From Candidatus Omnitrophota bacterium (GTDB taxonomy: Bacteria > Omnitrophota > Gorgyraeia > Duberdicusellales > 4484-171), in contig JBAWWL010000001.1 of the NCBI GenBank assembly GCA_037146775.1, positions 325,464 to 389,463 on the forward strand: a DNA stretch of 64,000 nucleotides, written 5' to 3'. The notes under the pieces were generated by a model, which saw only the letters and a list, made by a program, of their open reading frames with translations, did not search any database and had not been told where the DNA came from. The translations under genes were made by a program, and so were the position numbers. Below are positions 1-10,823 of the stretch, piece by piece (position 1 is the first letter of the stretch; the number at the start of each line of letters is the position of its first letter).

Positions 1-2
1 CG

Positions 3-377
3 CAAAAAGATAAGAACCTCAAGGAAATTGCGTCGAATCTTCCATTGAATATTAAAGATATCCAGAACGCCCACAAGAGTTTTAGCGAGGTATCGAATAT
101 TCCGCCGACCAGTATCGTTGCAGGAAAAAGATATTCTCTTTTTACTGGAAGTTTCGATATTTCTACGAAAGAAGAGCTAATACGGTGGATATTGGATCTG
201 CATGAGAAAATAGCGCGTAGTAAAAGTGGGCTTCCGTGGCTTGAGTTATCCGGTGACCGCTTGGCTATCCGAGTAGACTATTTCCCGAGCGATAAGTTAA
301 AAGTCGTGCCTGGGCAAGGTTGGAGAAGCCCCTATTACTTAGATGTTCTGGCATCAATCTACAAGGAGATAAGGTAA
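3..377 (+). CDS. C-terminal part of a hypothetical protein, first gene of the PLD-helicase module (ZacA-like position); 5' truncated by window
   Basis: Frame open from base 3; stop lies 3 bp before the PLD gene. Confidence 0.6.
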   Translation, partial: QKDKNLKEIASNLPLNIKDIQNAHKSFSEVSNIPPTSIVAGKRYSLFTGSFDISTKEELIRWILDLHEKIARSKSGLPWLELSGDRLAIRVDYFPSDKLKVVPGQGWRSPYYLDVLASIYKEIR

Positions 378-380
378 ATT

Positions 381-2303
381 ATGCACATTGTATTACGAGA
401 ACAGCTTTCTGATCACATACGCATATTGGAATCTGTCGAGTGTGCGCTATTTACGTCATTCACTTTTGATCCAGTTTTTTTTGAAAATAACATATTGCCC
501 ATTCTTTTTGATATCGAAAAAGCCAGTGAGGTACGGCGAAGAGCCCAGATTAATGAAAGACTGGCTGCTTCTCCATGTGTTGTGTTTTATGATAATTCGA
601 CAATGCCTTCGGGTGGTGGCATCTACCGGTACCAGGCAAAAGGGATTCATCTACGCGATAAATTCTTTCATCCAAAAAACGCGATTGTTGCAGGTTATTA
701 TCAGGATGCTCCGATGGTTATAGTGTCAGCCTCATCCGCAAACCTGAAATATCAGGCATGGGGTAGTAATGTGGAAGCCGCAGCCTTTATACAAATCAAC
801 AGTAAAAAACAACAAGCATATCGCACGCTATACAAGTTCTGCATCTATCTAAGAGACGAACTGAAGGTGTCAGATAGCGATGCTCTCAATAGAATGATCG
901 CTTTTCTCAACAAGATGCCTGAGTCGAATGTTCGTTTCCCTGATTATGATGGCGAACTTTATTTCTCTCCACTTGCAGGAAACAGGAAAGGCTTCCCAGA
1001 GTTTCTCAATGAAGAGGCCGCTAACAAGAGAGAGAAGCTTGTGGTCTATTCGCCATATTGGGGCGGTAATCTTTCATCCTTAGCTGATAAATTCATGGCA
1101 TCACAAATCGTCGTTCGTCCCGCATTCATGAAGGATTTAAAAACGTACGGATTGACTAAAGATCAGTTGATTCAACTGGGGTCCTTGGAGTGTAGCATAG
1201 AAAAAACTCCTGAGTCAAAAGAGGGATATCGTTTTTGGCACGCGAAAGTATATCTTTTGCATAGTAGCTCTGGTGGAAAAGTACGGCTCGGTATCGGCAG
1301 TTGTAATTTTACCGAAATGGGGCTCTCCGGAGAAAATGGCAACGTAGAATCGATGGTTGTATACAATATTACTAAGGAAGAGGCTGAAGAATTTGATATT
1401 CGGTGCAAAAAACTCGAGATTCCTGAAGAAATGAAAAAGGAGGCAAAAGAAGAGGATTCTCCCCAGCGACCTCCTTTCTTTATCCATGTTATTTTGGACT
1501 GGGAAAAAGAAGTATATCGCGTGGATTTTAAGTGGGAATCCAAATCTATGTGTCAGTCTTGCATGCTCTCTTTGCCCGGAAACGACGATGTGGATCTATT
1601 GAATTTAAAGAATGGGTCACAAATACCGATTACGAATTCTCCAAAGTCAGCAAGGACTTTTAGAATCAGGTATAATTTTGAGACCGAAAACAATGTATTT
1701 GATGGTTTGATATATGAAATAAATATGCGGTTCAGTCAGCGAAATTATACACCCACTCTCGGTTTTCACGACATCTTTGAAAGTTGGTGTCACCATGACG
1801 ATTATTGGGCCGACAACGTGCCAGATGACGGGGGTGATGGCGATAAGGAGGGCGATGAAGAAGATCAAGCTAAGAAGCAGGAAGGGGCAGAGTCCTCAGC
1901 TCCTCAGGAGCTCGATTATTACGAGATTTACCAAGGATTTTATGGTCTTTTTAAAAAACTCGAAACAGGTAAGGAAGGTAGTGGAGCGCTCTCGCGATAT
2001 CTGATAACCCGACCGGACAGTATTTATAATGTAATAAAAAGAATCTCCGACGCAAATTTAGACATAATATCAAAATACATCATTCTAACGGAATGCGAGA
2101 TACTGGTAAAAAAAGTTGAAAATGAAATGGGTGTTAAAGTTGACAAAATGCTCAAAGATGAAATCAAAAAATACCTTCCGAATATTAGGGTGCAAGTGGA
2201 GTCGCTTATAGAAGATAAAGACAAGAAGCGGATAAAAGATAAAAAAGGAGCAGACGCAATAATCTGGTTTGAAAGAGAAATTGAGCGCGCATGGAAAACA
2301 TGA
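381..2303 (+). CDS. Phospholipase D-family (HKD-like) nuclease domain protein
   Basis: Two HxK motifs (FFHPKN...SSANL; FWHAKVY...GSCNFT). Confidence 0.75.
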   Translation: MHIVLREQLSDHIRILESVECALFTSFTFDPVFFENNILPILFDIEKASEVRRRAQINERLAASPCVVFYDNSTMPSGGGIYRYQAKGIHLRDKFFHPKNAIVAGYYQDAPMVIVSASSANLKYQAWGSNVEAAAFIQINSKKQQAYRTLYKFCIYLRDELKVSDSDALNRMIAFLNKMPESNVRFPDYDGELYFSPLAGNRKGFPEFLNEEAANKREKLVVYSPYWGGNLSSLADKFMASQIVVRPAFMKDLKTYGLTKDQLIQLGSLECSIEKTPESKEGYRFWHAKVYLLHSSSGGKVRLGIGSCNFTEMGLSGENGNVESMVVYNITKEEAEEFDIRCKKLEIPEEMKKEAKEEDSPQRPPFFIHVILDWEKEVYRVDFKWESKSMCQSCMLSLPGNDDVDLLNLKNGSQIPITNSPKSARTFRIRYNFETENNVFDGLIYEINMRFSQRNYTPTLGFHDIFESWCHHDDYWADNVPDDGGDGDKEGDEEDQAKKQEGAESSAPQELDYYEIYQGFYGLFKKLETGKEGSGALSRYLITRPDSIYNVIKRISDANLDIISKYIILTECEILVKKVENEMGVKVDKMLKDEIKKYLPNIRVQVESLIEDKDKKRIKDKKGADAIIWFEREIERAWKT

Positions 2304-5300
2304 TAATCGAGCCTTTTATCAAGAAAATATTACCAGATGATGTAGAGAGCCTGATGAATTTTAATCCACCCGGAGCCCTTGATAAATACAAGTCTATGCA
2401 TAATTTGCAGAAAGAGGGTGTAGCGGCGATCTATAACATACTTACGGAAAAGAATTTCGCTTATTTAGCGGATGAAGTTGGAATGGGGAAGACTTATCAG
2501 GCAATAGGGCTGATTACGCTGCTTTGGAATCTCAAAAGAAACGCGCGTATAGTAGTGATTTGTCCGCGGGTTAACCTGCAAATAAAATGGCAGCGTGATT
2601 ATCGAAATTTTATCATCAATAATTATCGCGGCCACATGAAAAAACAGGGCGATGATATCGTGAAGAGCGTTCTTTTGAATAAACCAGTGGTCAATCCACG
2701 TATTTGCCATAATCTGCGGCAATTTGCGTTGGAATTACAATCCCCAGAACGCCAACTATGTATTCTTCGCTATAGCTCATTTACGCGTCCCGTGTTTCTA
2801 AAAAGGGAAGATGAGCGTGATCCGCTAGGCGCATGGAACAATGCGGTTGAGATGATGAAGTTTTATGGTATCCATCCTTCTCATAAAGATAAGAGACTTG
2901 TAGAGGGGTGCGGCGATGGCATGTCGCTTCAATTCAATGAATGGTTTGCCGAAGCATTCAATGAAATGCTTGTCAATGCGTGCGAAAAAGAGAAAGGCAA
3001 AAAAGCGATCGATTTGCTGATATTTGACGAGGGGCAATATCTAAGGAATGAAAACCAGACGAACAGCGTTATACTTAAAGCTTTTGAAGGCAGAGTCAAT
3101 AAGTGGTTATTTCTGAGTGCGACGCCGATTCATTCCGGAAAAGAAAACATTCAAAATGTGATAAATCGATATGCCTGCCCAAAGTATATTGCTGATAGCG
3201 ATCTTGCTGATACAAAAAAGCTTCAAATTAAAATGAAGGAGTTCTTAGTCCGGCGTCCACGCGAATATTTTGTTCGAAATAGTACGGACAGAGATAAATT
3301 ATGGGCAAAATACAAATACCGTTACCATAATGAGGAAGAAAGCAAAATCAAGAATATGTCTCCTATGGAGTCGCTGGTAATGGCCGTAGTCCAAAAGAAT
3401 CTTGTAAAAATACTAGGAGGAAAGAATAACAGGTTTAAGATTGGATGTCTGACGTCTTTCGAAAGCTTGCAAGCCTCTGTGTACAACCAAGAAAACAAGA
3501 AAGCGCTGGCGTGCGATGATGAACAAGACGATGCGAACGAGGAAGCTGAAATAATGAAGTCGTCAGACTTATACGTGTCACAGGATGATGTAAAAAAAGG
3601 TCATGCCGAGGATCTAAAAGATATACCTGATATGAAATTCGTGGATGGGTTTGCACGACGTTATAAAAATACATTTGGCATAGAAATACCGCACCCAAAG
3701 GTTGACTTCGTAGTAGATCAGGTATCGAAAAAAGCGCTCAATAATGGCGAAAAATTTGTTGTTTTCACGCGAAGGATTAACGCCGTAGACGAGATCGTTC
3801 GTAGAATAAATGATGAATACGAAAAATGGATTAGGGAAAGAATTAATTCTGTGTGGAACATCGATATTGATGCCCTTTCAAAGAACCAAGGCACTGATCC
3901 CGACGAGATGATATCTGACGATCCTGATAGCGATGGTCTCGAAGCGCGCGGAAAAGGACTTCTTCAGGAGGCGAATCAAAAAGGAAATTGGCTTTTTCGG
4001 TATAGACAAACGTTCAGAGAAAGCGGTCGCAATGCCATGATGTTTGAAGAGAATTGGTTTAGATATTTTTCAGAAATTAATAATATACCTTTAAAAGATA
4101 TCGTTTCGAAAATACCCGATGAGCTTTGGAATGAAAGCTGGGTATTTGCGAATAGGCAAAAAGGGGCCAAAACAGCAAAAGTGATTCCATCCGAGAGATT
4201 CCAATATTTATTAGTGCAGACTGTAAAAAAATATCCCGAGATTCTTGGCCTAAAAGATGGAACCGTAAACAAGTGGCAAAACTTCTTTTCAAAGCGCTAT
4301 CCTTTGGTTACGGAACAACATTGTGGCGAGAAACAAAGAGCGAAGAATGAAAATCTGATCACGTATAAAGGTTTCTGGGACATCATTCGTGAAAAGATTT
4401 CTGAACCCCAAGGAGAGGTAATAAAGATATTCGATTTGATGAGAAAAAGTATGGATATTAATGACGAGAATGATCTTCTTAAAAGAGAGGTACTTAAAAA
4501 TTGTTTGTGGCAAACGATTCGATTGACAGATGCTATCCTTGATCTTTATTGCGCCAATGATACTGCCGGTGGCGCCAGTGCGCCTGTAGAAGATGCGGTA
4601 AATGAGTATTGCAAATATCTATTTGGTGATAGTGATTATGCGAAGCTTTTGAGAAACCAAATGAAAGAATGGGTAGAGCATATAGGTCTTATTTTGACAA
4701 ATTGTTTTAGCAATGATGATTTTGATTTAGCAGGTTATGCGGCCAGGGAAAGCTACGTCGAATTGCGCAATCCTCAATTTGCCGTTGGTATGACTGGAGG
4801 GAATCCAAACAAGACCGCCCTCAGTCAGTTTAAGACACCTGGTTACCCGAGAGTTATTGTGTGCACCGATATATTAAAGGAAGGCGAAGATCTTCACCTC
4901 TTCTGTGATCAGATTATTCATTATGGTGTAGCCTGGACATCTGGTGACTTGGAACAGCGGGTGGGAAGGATAGATCGTTACTTTTCAATGATTGAAAGAA
5001 AGCTTTACGGCTCTTCTAAACCAGAAAAAGAAAAATTGAATATTTATTACCCGCACTTGACTCAGTCGGTTGAAAAATATCAGATTGAAAGGGTTATCAA
5101 TCGTGCGAAAGAAGCGGAATTGATCATGGACAATATCGGTATTGATGAGCACACTGAGGGCAGGCAAATTGTCCTAGGAGTTATTGCAAATCGCCCCTTG
5201 GGCGTTGCGTTTTTAAACACGAAACCCGTTTTAGGCGAGCATCCCTTTACTCCGTCGTTTGCCAGTATAAAATCTTCAGGACTGCCGATTTTTTCAGAAC

Positions 5301-6130
5301 AAGATGCAAAGACGACCTTAAAAAAATATGAGAATATTTTTCAAAATCTTGGAGAAGAGCTCGAAAAGCAGGGATATACGTTATCATGTAAAGGAGCTGG
5401 ACGATTTGAAGATCCTTTTAAAATATCCAATTCTTCCAATAACATCGTATTAGAGTGTAAGTGGGAATTTATTCCCCAAATTTCGTCATATGCCATCAAA
5501 TTGAGCAAGCAAATTAAGATTGATGAGCTCAAGGCTAGCAAATTTCCGATTGCCGAGCATCGCGAATTACATGGCAAAGAATATCGTTATTTTCGCTCTC
5601 ACAGAGTGTTGATTCATGAGGATGCGATCATTGAGGATCTTTCTCGGCGCACATTTTCTGCTATTCGGCTGCTTATTGATGCGGATCATTTAAGTAAATG
5701 GGATGAAAATACAACGGAAAAGTTATCCAAATATTTTGTGAAAGATGAGCATGTCGTAACCGAGATTGATCCGCATTGCATTAAAGTGGCCTTTCGATTC
5801 AATACGCGAAAACATACAACCAAGATTAAAACATTTTTGGATTTGATAGTGGTCTCATCTATGGTGGGAGAAATTAAGTCACTTAAAGAGTGCCCAAAGT
5901 TTTTTGATGAGAATGGAGTATGGAATGATGATGTATTTAATAATTGGATACTCGATGAAAACGCGCGACTGAAATTTGGTTATCTTATGAGAAAGGATAA
6001 CGAGTTACGTTTTTGCGACCGTTTATTTCCGGTTGGGTTGGAAGACGCTTTGATCCATAATATTGTGGAAGAAATTGCTCGAACCGCAGATGTGTACGAA
6101 TCGCATATTATTGGTGAAGATATTGTGTGA
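2291..6130 (+). CDS. SF2 (SNF2-like) helicase with C-terminal YbjN/CesT-like domain
   Basis: LADEVGMGKT, IFDEGQ, LSATP, EGEDLH, LEQRVGRIDR motifs; overlaps the PLD gene. Confidence 0.85.
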   Translation: MENMIIEPFIKKILPDDVESLMNFNPPGALDKYKSMHNLQKEGVAAIYNILTEKNFAYLADEVGMGKTYQAIGLITLLWNLKRNARIVVICPRVNLQIKWQRDYRNFIINNYRGHMKKQGDDIVKSVLLNKPVVNPRICHNLRQFALELQSPERQLCILRYSSFTRPVFLKREDERDPLGAWNNAVEMMKFYGIHPSHKDKRLVEGCGDGMSLQFNEWFAEAFNEMLVNACEKEKGKKAIDLLIFDEGQYLRNENQTNSVILKAFEGRVNKWLFLSATPIHSGKENIQNVINRYACPKYIADSDLADTKKLQIKMKEFLVRRPREYFVRNSTDRDKLWAKYKYRYHNEEESKIKNMSPMESLVMAVVQKNLVKILGGKNNRFKIGCLTSFESLQASVYNQENKKALACDDEQDDANEEAEIMKSSDLYVSQDDVKKGHAEDLKDIPDMKFVDGFARRYKNTFGIEIPHPKVDFVVDQVSKKALNNGEKFVVFTRRINAVDEIVRRINDEYEKWIRERINSVWNIDIDALSKNQGTDPDEMISDDPDSDGLEARGKGLLQEANQKGNWLFRYRQTFRESGRNAMMFEENWFRYFSEINNIPLKDIVSKIPDELWNESWVFANRQKGAKTAKVIPSERFQYLLVQTVKKYPEILGLKDGTVNKWQNFFSKRYPLVTEQHCGEKQRAKNENLITYKGFWDIIREKISEPQGEVIKIFDLMRKSMDINDENDLLKREVLKNCLWQTIRLTDAILDLYCANDTAGGASAPVEDAVNEYCKYLFGDSDYAKLLRNQMKEWVEHIGLILTNCFSNDDFDLAGYAARESYVELRNPQFAVGMTGGNPNKTALSQFKTPGYPRVIVCTDILKEGEDLHLFCDQIIHYGVAWTSGDLEQRVGRIDRYFSMIERKLYGSSKPEKEKLNIYYPHLTQSVEKYQIERVINRAKEAELIMDNIGIDEHTEGRQIVLGVIANRPLGVAFLNTKPVLGEHPFTPSFASIKSSGLPIFSEQDAKTTLKKYENIFQNLGEELEKQGYTLSCKGAGRFEDPFKISNSSNNIVLECKWEFIPQISSYAIKLSKQIKIDELKASKFPIAEHRELHGKEYRYFRSHRVLIHEDAIIEDLSRRTFSAIRLLIDADHLSKWDENTTEKLSKYFVKDEHVVTEIDPHCIKVAFRFNTRKHTTKIKTFLDLIVVSSMVGEIKSLKECPKFFDENGVWNDDVFNNWILDENARLKFGYLMRKDNELRFCDRLFPVGLEDALIHNIVEEIARTADVYESHIIGEDIV

Positions 6131-6233
6131 TGCTGAAACTAAAGCGGTAAAACAGAGCCATTTCTAATAAAGCATGTTCTAGAATTGTGTATTTTAAAGG
6201 GTTATAGATAGAAGATAAAATTAAATCAATATC

Positions 6234-6338
6234 ATGCAACTCATAATTCATCGCGGAACTCATGAAATATGTGGAAGCTGTGTTGAGGTAAGGACGGTCA
6301 ACGGGAGTCAGATATTTAGTGCCAGACCCACCTCGTAA
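6234..6338 (+). pseudogene. N-terminal remnant of an MBL-fold (RNase J/beta-CASP-like) hydrolase
   Basis: Translates MQLIIHRGTHEICGSCVEV..., resembling the IHRGxxEIGGSCVE start of this family, then stops after 34 aa. Confidence 0.55.
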
Positions 6339-6503
6339 GAAAAGTTTTAGGGATTGGAAGAACGGAATAATAAAAGTTGTAAAATGTCAGAAGGTGTAGA
6401 GAGTAAATAAAGAAGTAAGCAGTAGAGATGGGTGCAGTATTATACGACCATACTAGGCTACCTAAGCAAAATCTGGTAACCAAAACCCATTGCTAATGCA
6501 ACA

Positions 6504-6544
6504 CATTAGGAATATAATAGGGGATAATAAGGACTAATCAGGAA
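6504..6544 (+). repeat. 10-bp-phased direct repeats (TAATAGGGGA TAATAAGGAC TAATCAGGAA)
   Basis: Read directly, upstream of the excisionase-like gene. Confidence 0.55.
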
Positions 6545-6590
6545 CAAACAAAAAGTTAACAAAGTAAACCCTTTGACGAGGCTTTTCTCT

Positions 6591-6767
6591 ATGGACGACC
6601 TACGCAAATACCTAACAGTCCGAGAAGCAGCGACGAGACTCGACATCAGCGAAGAGTCTGTGCGCGACCTGATTAACGAAAAAGAACTAAAGGCAGTCAA
6701 GATAGGACAATGGAGAATAAAACCAGACGAGCTCGAAAGGTTTATAAGGTCAAGGAGTAACCTTTAA
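6591..6767 (+). CDS. Excisionase-like helix-turn-helix protein (HTH_17)
   Basis: YLTVREAATRLDISEESVRDLI...LKAVKIGQWRI pattern. Confidence 0.85.
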   Translation: MDDLRKYLTVREAATRLDISEESVRDLINEKELKAVKIGQWRIKPDELERFIRSRSNL

Positions 6768-6777
6768 GGTTTATAAA
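6766..6777 (+). promoter_or_regulatory. Archaeal-type BRE/TATA-like motif AAGGTTTATAAA
   Basis: TTTATAAA starts 26 nt before the hsdR ATG; identical 12-mer at 12932-12943. Confidence 0.45.
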
Positions 6778-6795
6778 TGAGGAGTTTGTTTTTGT

Positions 6796-9585
6796 ATGGT
6801 TTACGATAATTTGGGTCCTGAGGATAAAGCGAGGCATGAGCTTATTAATCCAGCTTTGAAGCTTGCGGGTTGGGATATTCAGCCTTTTAAGTCTGCAAGC
6901 CCTGATAGTTTTAAGGGTGTTGCTGTTGAGTATTTTCCGATGGGGTGGGGTGTTGGTGAGGCGGATTATGTTTTGTTTGTTAATGGCGAGGCTTGTGGCA
7001 TTATTGAGGCTAAAAAAGAGGGCGAGACGCTTGTCGGCAAAGAGCCTCAGTCAGCAAGATACTCCAAGGGTTTTCCTAAGGATTATCGGTCAGTAGATTT
7101 GCCGCTACCTTTTGTTTATGAGACTTCTGGGAACGAGATACGTTTCACTAATTGCTGGGATCCCAAGCCTAGAAGTAGAGAAGTCTTTCACTTTCACACA
7201 CCTAATGAATTAGAGGCTTGGGTCAAGACAGGCAAAGAGACTTTGAGAAAAAGGCTTACAGAGATGCCTCAGATTGACAATCCTAGTCTTTGGGATGTGC
7301 AAAAGACGGCTATTCGTAACGTTGAGGAGTCTCTTGCTGGCGCAAAGCCCAAAGCTCTTATACAGATGGCAACTGGTTCAGGCAAAACCTTTACCGCCGT
7401 GAACATGTGTTATCGCTTAATCAGGCACGCTAATGCTAAAAGAATACTTTTCTTGGTTGACCGAGGGAATCTTGGCAGACAAACCATGCAGGAATTTGAC
7501 AACTTCGTGGTGCCTAAAGACGGAAGAAAATTCAGAGAACTCTACAACGTCCAGCACTTGCAAAGTAACAAAATAGATGACGTGTCCAGAATATGTATCT
7601 CAACAATCCAGCGTATCTACTCGATGCTTAAGGGCGAAAAGCAGCTTGACCCAGCCAGCGAAGAACTGTCAGCGTTTGAAGACGATTACAGTCTTGAGCC
7701 AGCACCAGTCGAATATAATCCCAAGTTTCCGATTTCGATGTTTGACGTAATTATTGTGGATGAGTGTCACCGCTCAATCTATAACCTTTGGAAACAAGTG
7801 CTGGACTATTTTGATTGTTTCCTTATAGGTCTTACTGCTACTCCGTCCAAAGGAACGATTGCTTTTTTTAACAAAAATCTCGTCATGGAGTATTCGCATG
7901 AAGAGGCTGTTGCGCACAACATAAACGTTGACTTCACAGTTTATGACATAAGGACAAAGATTACGAAACGCGGCTCTACTATTCCTAAAGGCGAGGTCGT
8001 CCAGAAAAGGGATAAAAGGACAAGGCGCAAAAAATGGGAACAACTGGAAGACGAAGTCAAATATGACGCAGAGCAGCTTGACAGGGATGTTGTGTCTAAA
8101 GACCAAATAAGGACAATTATTCGAGCATTCAAAGAAAGAGTTCTTACCGACATTTTTCCCGGAAGAAAACACGTGCCCAAAACCCTGATTTATGCAAAGG
8201 ACGACAACCACGCAGAAGAAATTGTACAAATAATTCGTGAAGAGTTTGATGAAGGAAATGACTTTGCGGTAAAAATTACTTACAAGACTGAAGGCGAGAA
8301 GCCAGAAAATCTAATATCTCAATTCAGAAACGACTTTTATCCGCGAATTGCGGTCACTGTTGACATGATAGCGACAGGGACAGACATAAAACCACTCGAA
8401 ATAGTCTTCTTCATGAGGGCCGTTAGGAGTAGAAACTACTTTGAACAGATGAAGGGGCGCGGCGTACGAGTAATGAGGAGCGACGACTTCATGGCAGTAA
8501 CACCAGATGCAGTAGCAAAAGAAAGATTCGTCATTGTTGATGCCGTTGGTGTTACAGAAGTCGATGAGCTGAATGATACTCGACCGCTTGAACAAAACCC
8601 AACAATCTCATTCGAGAAACTACTAAAGTCTATACGCTTCGGCAGACCAACAAAAGACAAGCTATCATCAATCGCAGGAAGACTCATCAGGCTTGAGAAG
8701 AAACTCACCGAAGAACAAATAAAAGAAGTCAGGAAGCTCACGGACGGCAAAAAACTATCAGAATACGCACACGACTTCATTGTCGCGATAGACGAAGACA
8801 GAATAGTTGAGCACGTTCAGAAGGAAAAGGGTGAAAAAGGCGCATACCTCGAATACAAACCTACTCAGAAAGAATTGAACGAGACGGCAGACAAAAGGAT
8901 GATTGAGGCAGTAAAGCCCTTTGTTGGTAACGGCAAACTAATGGAAAGACTGCCACAAATAAAGGCAGAGACAGAACAAATTATTGACGACGTTTCTGTT
9001 GACGAGGTAGTAACTGCTGGCTATTCACCCATAGCAACAGAAAAAGCAAGAAGCATAATAAAATCGTTCAAGGAATTTATTGAGAAGAACAAGAACGAGC
9101 TTGATGCTTTGCAGGTGTTTTATTCCAGCAAGAAGGCTTTGCACTGGAAAGACGTTAAAGAGCTATCCGAGAAGATTAAAACTCCGCCTTATAATTTGAC
9201 GCCTTCCAAAATCTGGCAAGCATACAAACAACTTGAATCTTCCAAAGTGCATGGCCTATCAAGAAACAAAATATCAGACTTCGTATCACTCCTAAAATTC
9301 GAGTTGGGCAAAGAAGACGAACTCGAACCATTCACAGACACAGTAGACAAAAACTTCTCGCGCTGGCTAACACAACAACGAACAGCAGGCGTCCAATTCA
9401 GCCAAGAGCAACTCAAATGGCTCGAAAAAATCAAAAACCACATAGCCGAATCAGTAGAAATAACACCCGACGACTTCGACTACGCACCATTCGACACAAT
9501 GGGCGGACTAGGAAAAGCAAACAAAATATTCGGCAACAGAATAAACAAAATCCTCGAAGAACTAAGTGAAGAATTGGTGGCATGA
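6796..9585 (+). CDS. hsdR: Type I restriction enzyme R subunit (EcoEI/EcoAI-like)
   Basis: ADY..IIEAK nuclease motif, MATGSGKT, DECH, LTATP, QMKGRG, EcoEI-like C-terminus. Confidence 0.93.
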   Translation: MVYDNLGPEDKARHELINPALKLAGWDIQPFKSASPDSFKGVAVEYFPMGWGVGEADYVLFVNGEACGIIEAKKEGETLVGKEPQSARYSKGFPKDYRSVDLPLPFVYETSGNEIRFTNCWDPKPRSREVFHFHTPNELEAWVKTGKETLRKRLTEMPQIDNPSLWDVQKTAIRNVEESLAGAKPKALIQMATGSGKTFTAVNMCYRLIRHANAKRILFLVDRGNLGRQTMQEFDNFVVPKDGRKFRELYNVQHLQSNKIDDVSRICISTIQRIYSMLKGEKQLDPASEELSAFEDDYSLEPAPVEYNPKFPISMFDVIIVDECHRSIYNLWKQVLDYFDCFLIGLTATPSKGTIAFFNKNLVMEYSHEEAVAHNINVDFTVYDIRTKITKRGSTIPKGEVVQKRDKRTRRKKWEQLEDEVKYDAEQLDRDVVSKDQIRTIIRAFKERVLTDIFPGRKHVPKTLIYAKDDNHAEEIVQIIREEFDEGNDFAVKITYKTEGEKPENLISQFRNDFYPRIAVTVDMIATGTDIKPLEIVFFMRAVRSRNYFEQMKGRGVRVMRSDDFMAVTPDAVAKERFVIVDAVGVTEVDELNDTRPLEQNPTISFEKLLKSIRFGRPTKDKLSSIAGRLIRLEKKLTEEQIKEVRKLTDGKKLSEYAHDFIVAIDEDRIVEHVQKEKGEKGAYLEYKPTQKELNETADKRMIEAVKPFVGNGKLMERLPQIKAETEQIIDDVSVDEVVTAGYSPIATEKARSIIKSFKEFIEKNKNELDALQVFYSSKKALHWKDVKELSEKIKTPPYNLTPSKIWQAYKQLESSKVHGLSRNKISDFVSLLKFELGKEDELEPFTDTVDKNFSRWLTQQRTAGVQFSQEQLKWLEKIKNHIAESVEITPDDFDYAPFDTMGGLGKANKIFGNRINKILEELSEELVA

Positions 9586-10811
9586 ATTTGATAAGCGGAA
9601 AAACGATGACTTTGTGGGATTTAACTAAAGATAATGGTCTGCTAACGGATGGAGATTGGGTCGAAACTAAAGACCAAGATACTTTAGGGAGTATAAGTTT
9701 AATCCAACTCGCCGACATTAAGGATGGCTATTTTCAAAGGAAATCAGATAGATATTTGAATGGAAAAACAGCTGAGAGATTGAATTGCACTTTCTTAGAA
9801 AACGGTGATGTTTTAATTGCTAGATTACCTGACCCATTGGGGAGGGCTTGTATTTACCCTGGCGAAGAAAAAAAAGCAGTAACTGTAGTCGATGTATGCA
9901 TTCTTAGAATAGATAATAAAAAATGCAATAACAAATGGTTAATGTATCTGATAAATAATCCACATTTTCGTAAAGAAATTGATGGATTACAGAGTGGTAC
10001 GACTAGGAAAAGAATATCAAAAAAGAATTTAGCAGCGATTCGTTTTCTTGTTCCAGAGAAAAATATTCAGGATAAAATTGTTGAGACTATTGAAACCCAG
10101 TTCACTCGTCTTGACGTAGCAATCAAAAACCTCAAAACAATAAAGAACAAACTCAAAGCTTATAGAAGAAGCGTGCTCAAAGCGGCGTTCGAAGGAAAAT
10201 TAGTTGCGTTTGATGATATTCCAGAAAGACCGATTTCTGATTTTTGTATTAAGGTGAGACAGTTAAAACCTGAACAGGAAGATTTTAAGGAGTTTTTTTA
10301 TATTGATATCGGTTCGGTTGATAATAAAAAACATAAGATAGATTCTCCTAAAATTGTTTCTGCGCAAAAGGCTCCCTCGCGAGCTAGACAAGAAACTTTT
10401 GCTGGCGATATTGTTTATTCTACTGTGAGGGTATATTTGATGAATTTAGCAATTGTTCCAGAAATGGGGGGTAAAAAAATCATTTCTTCTACTGGATTTA
10501 CAGTTTTAAGACCTGTCGAAGAGTTAAACAATAAGTTTCTATTCTATTATTTGTTACGGGACGAGGTAACAAGCTATTTAAATGCCAAACAACGGGGTAC
10601 AAGTTATCCTGCTATACGAGACAATGATGTATTTGACATGAGAATTAAAGCCCCCAAAAGAGCAATTCAAAACAAAATTATACAAGAGATTGAGTCTCGT
10701 TTTTCTGTTATTGAGAAGGTTGAGAGTGTTGTTGATGTTTCGCTTGCGAAAGCAGAAACATTACGAAAATCAATATTGAAATCGGCTTTTGAGGGAAAGC
10801 TAGTTAGTTGA
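9582..10811 (+). CDS. hsdS: Type I R-M specificity subunit
   Basis: Two TRDs, each followed by conserved helices ending S(V/I)LK(A/S)AFEGKLV. Confidence 0.92.
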   Translation: MNLISGKTMTLWDLTKDNGLLTDGDWVETKDQDTLGSISLIQLADIKDGYFQRKSDRYLNGKTAERLNCTFLENGDVLIARLPDPLGRACIYPGEEKKAVTVVDVCILRIDNKKCNNKWLMYLINNPHFRKEIDGLQSGTTRKRISKKNLAAIRFLVPEKNIQDKIVETIETQFTRLDVAIKNLKTIKNKLKAYRRSVLKAAFEGKLVAFDDIPERPISDFCIKVRQLKPEQEDFKEFFYIDIGSVDNKKHKIDSPKIVSAQKAPSRARQETFAGDIVYSTVRVYLMNLAIVPEMGGKKIISSTGFTVLRPVEELNNKFLFYYLLRDEVTSYLNAKQRGTSYPAIRDNDVFDMRIKAPKRAIQNKIIQEIESRFSVIEKVESVVDVSLAKAETLRKSILKSAFEGKLVS

Positions 10812-10823
10812 GGTGAGTGATGG

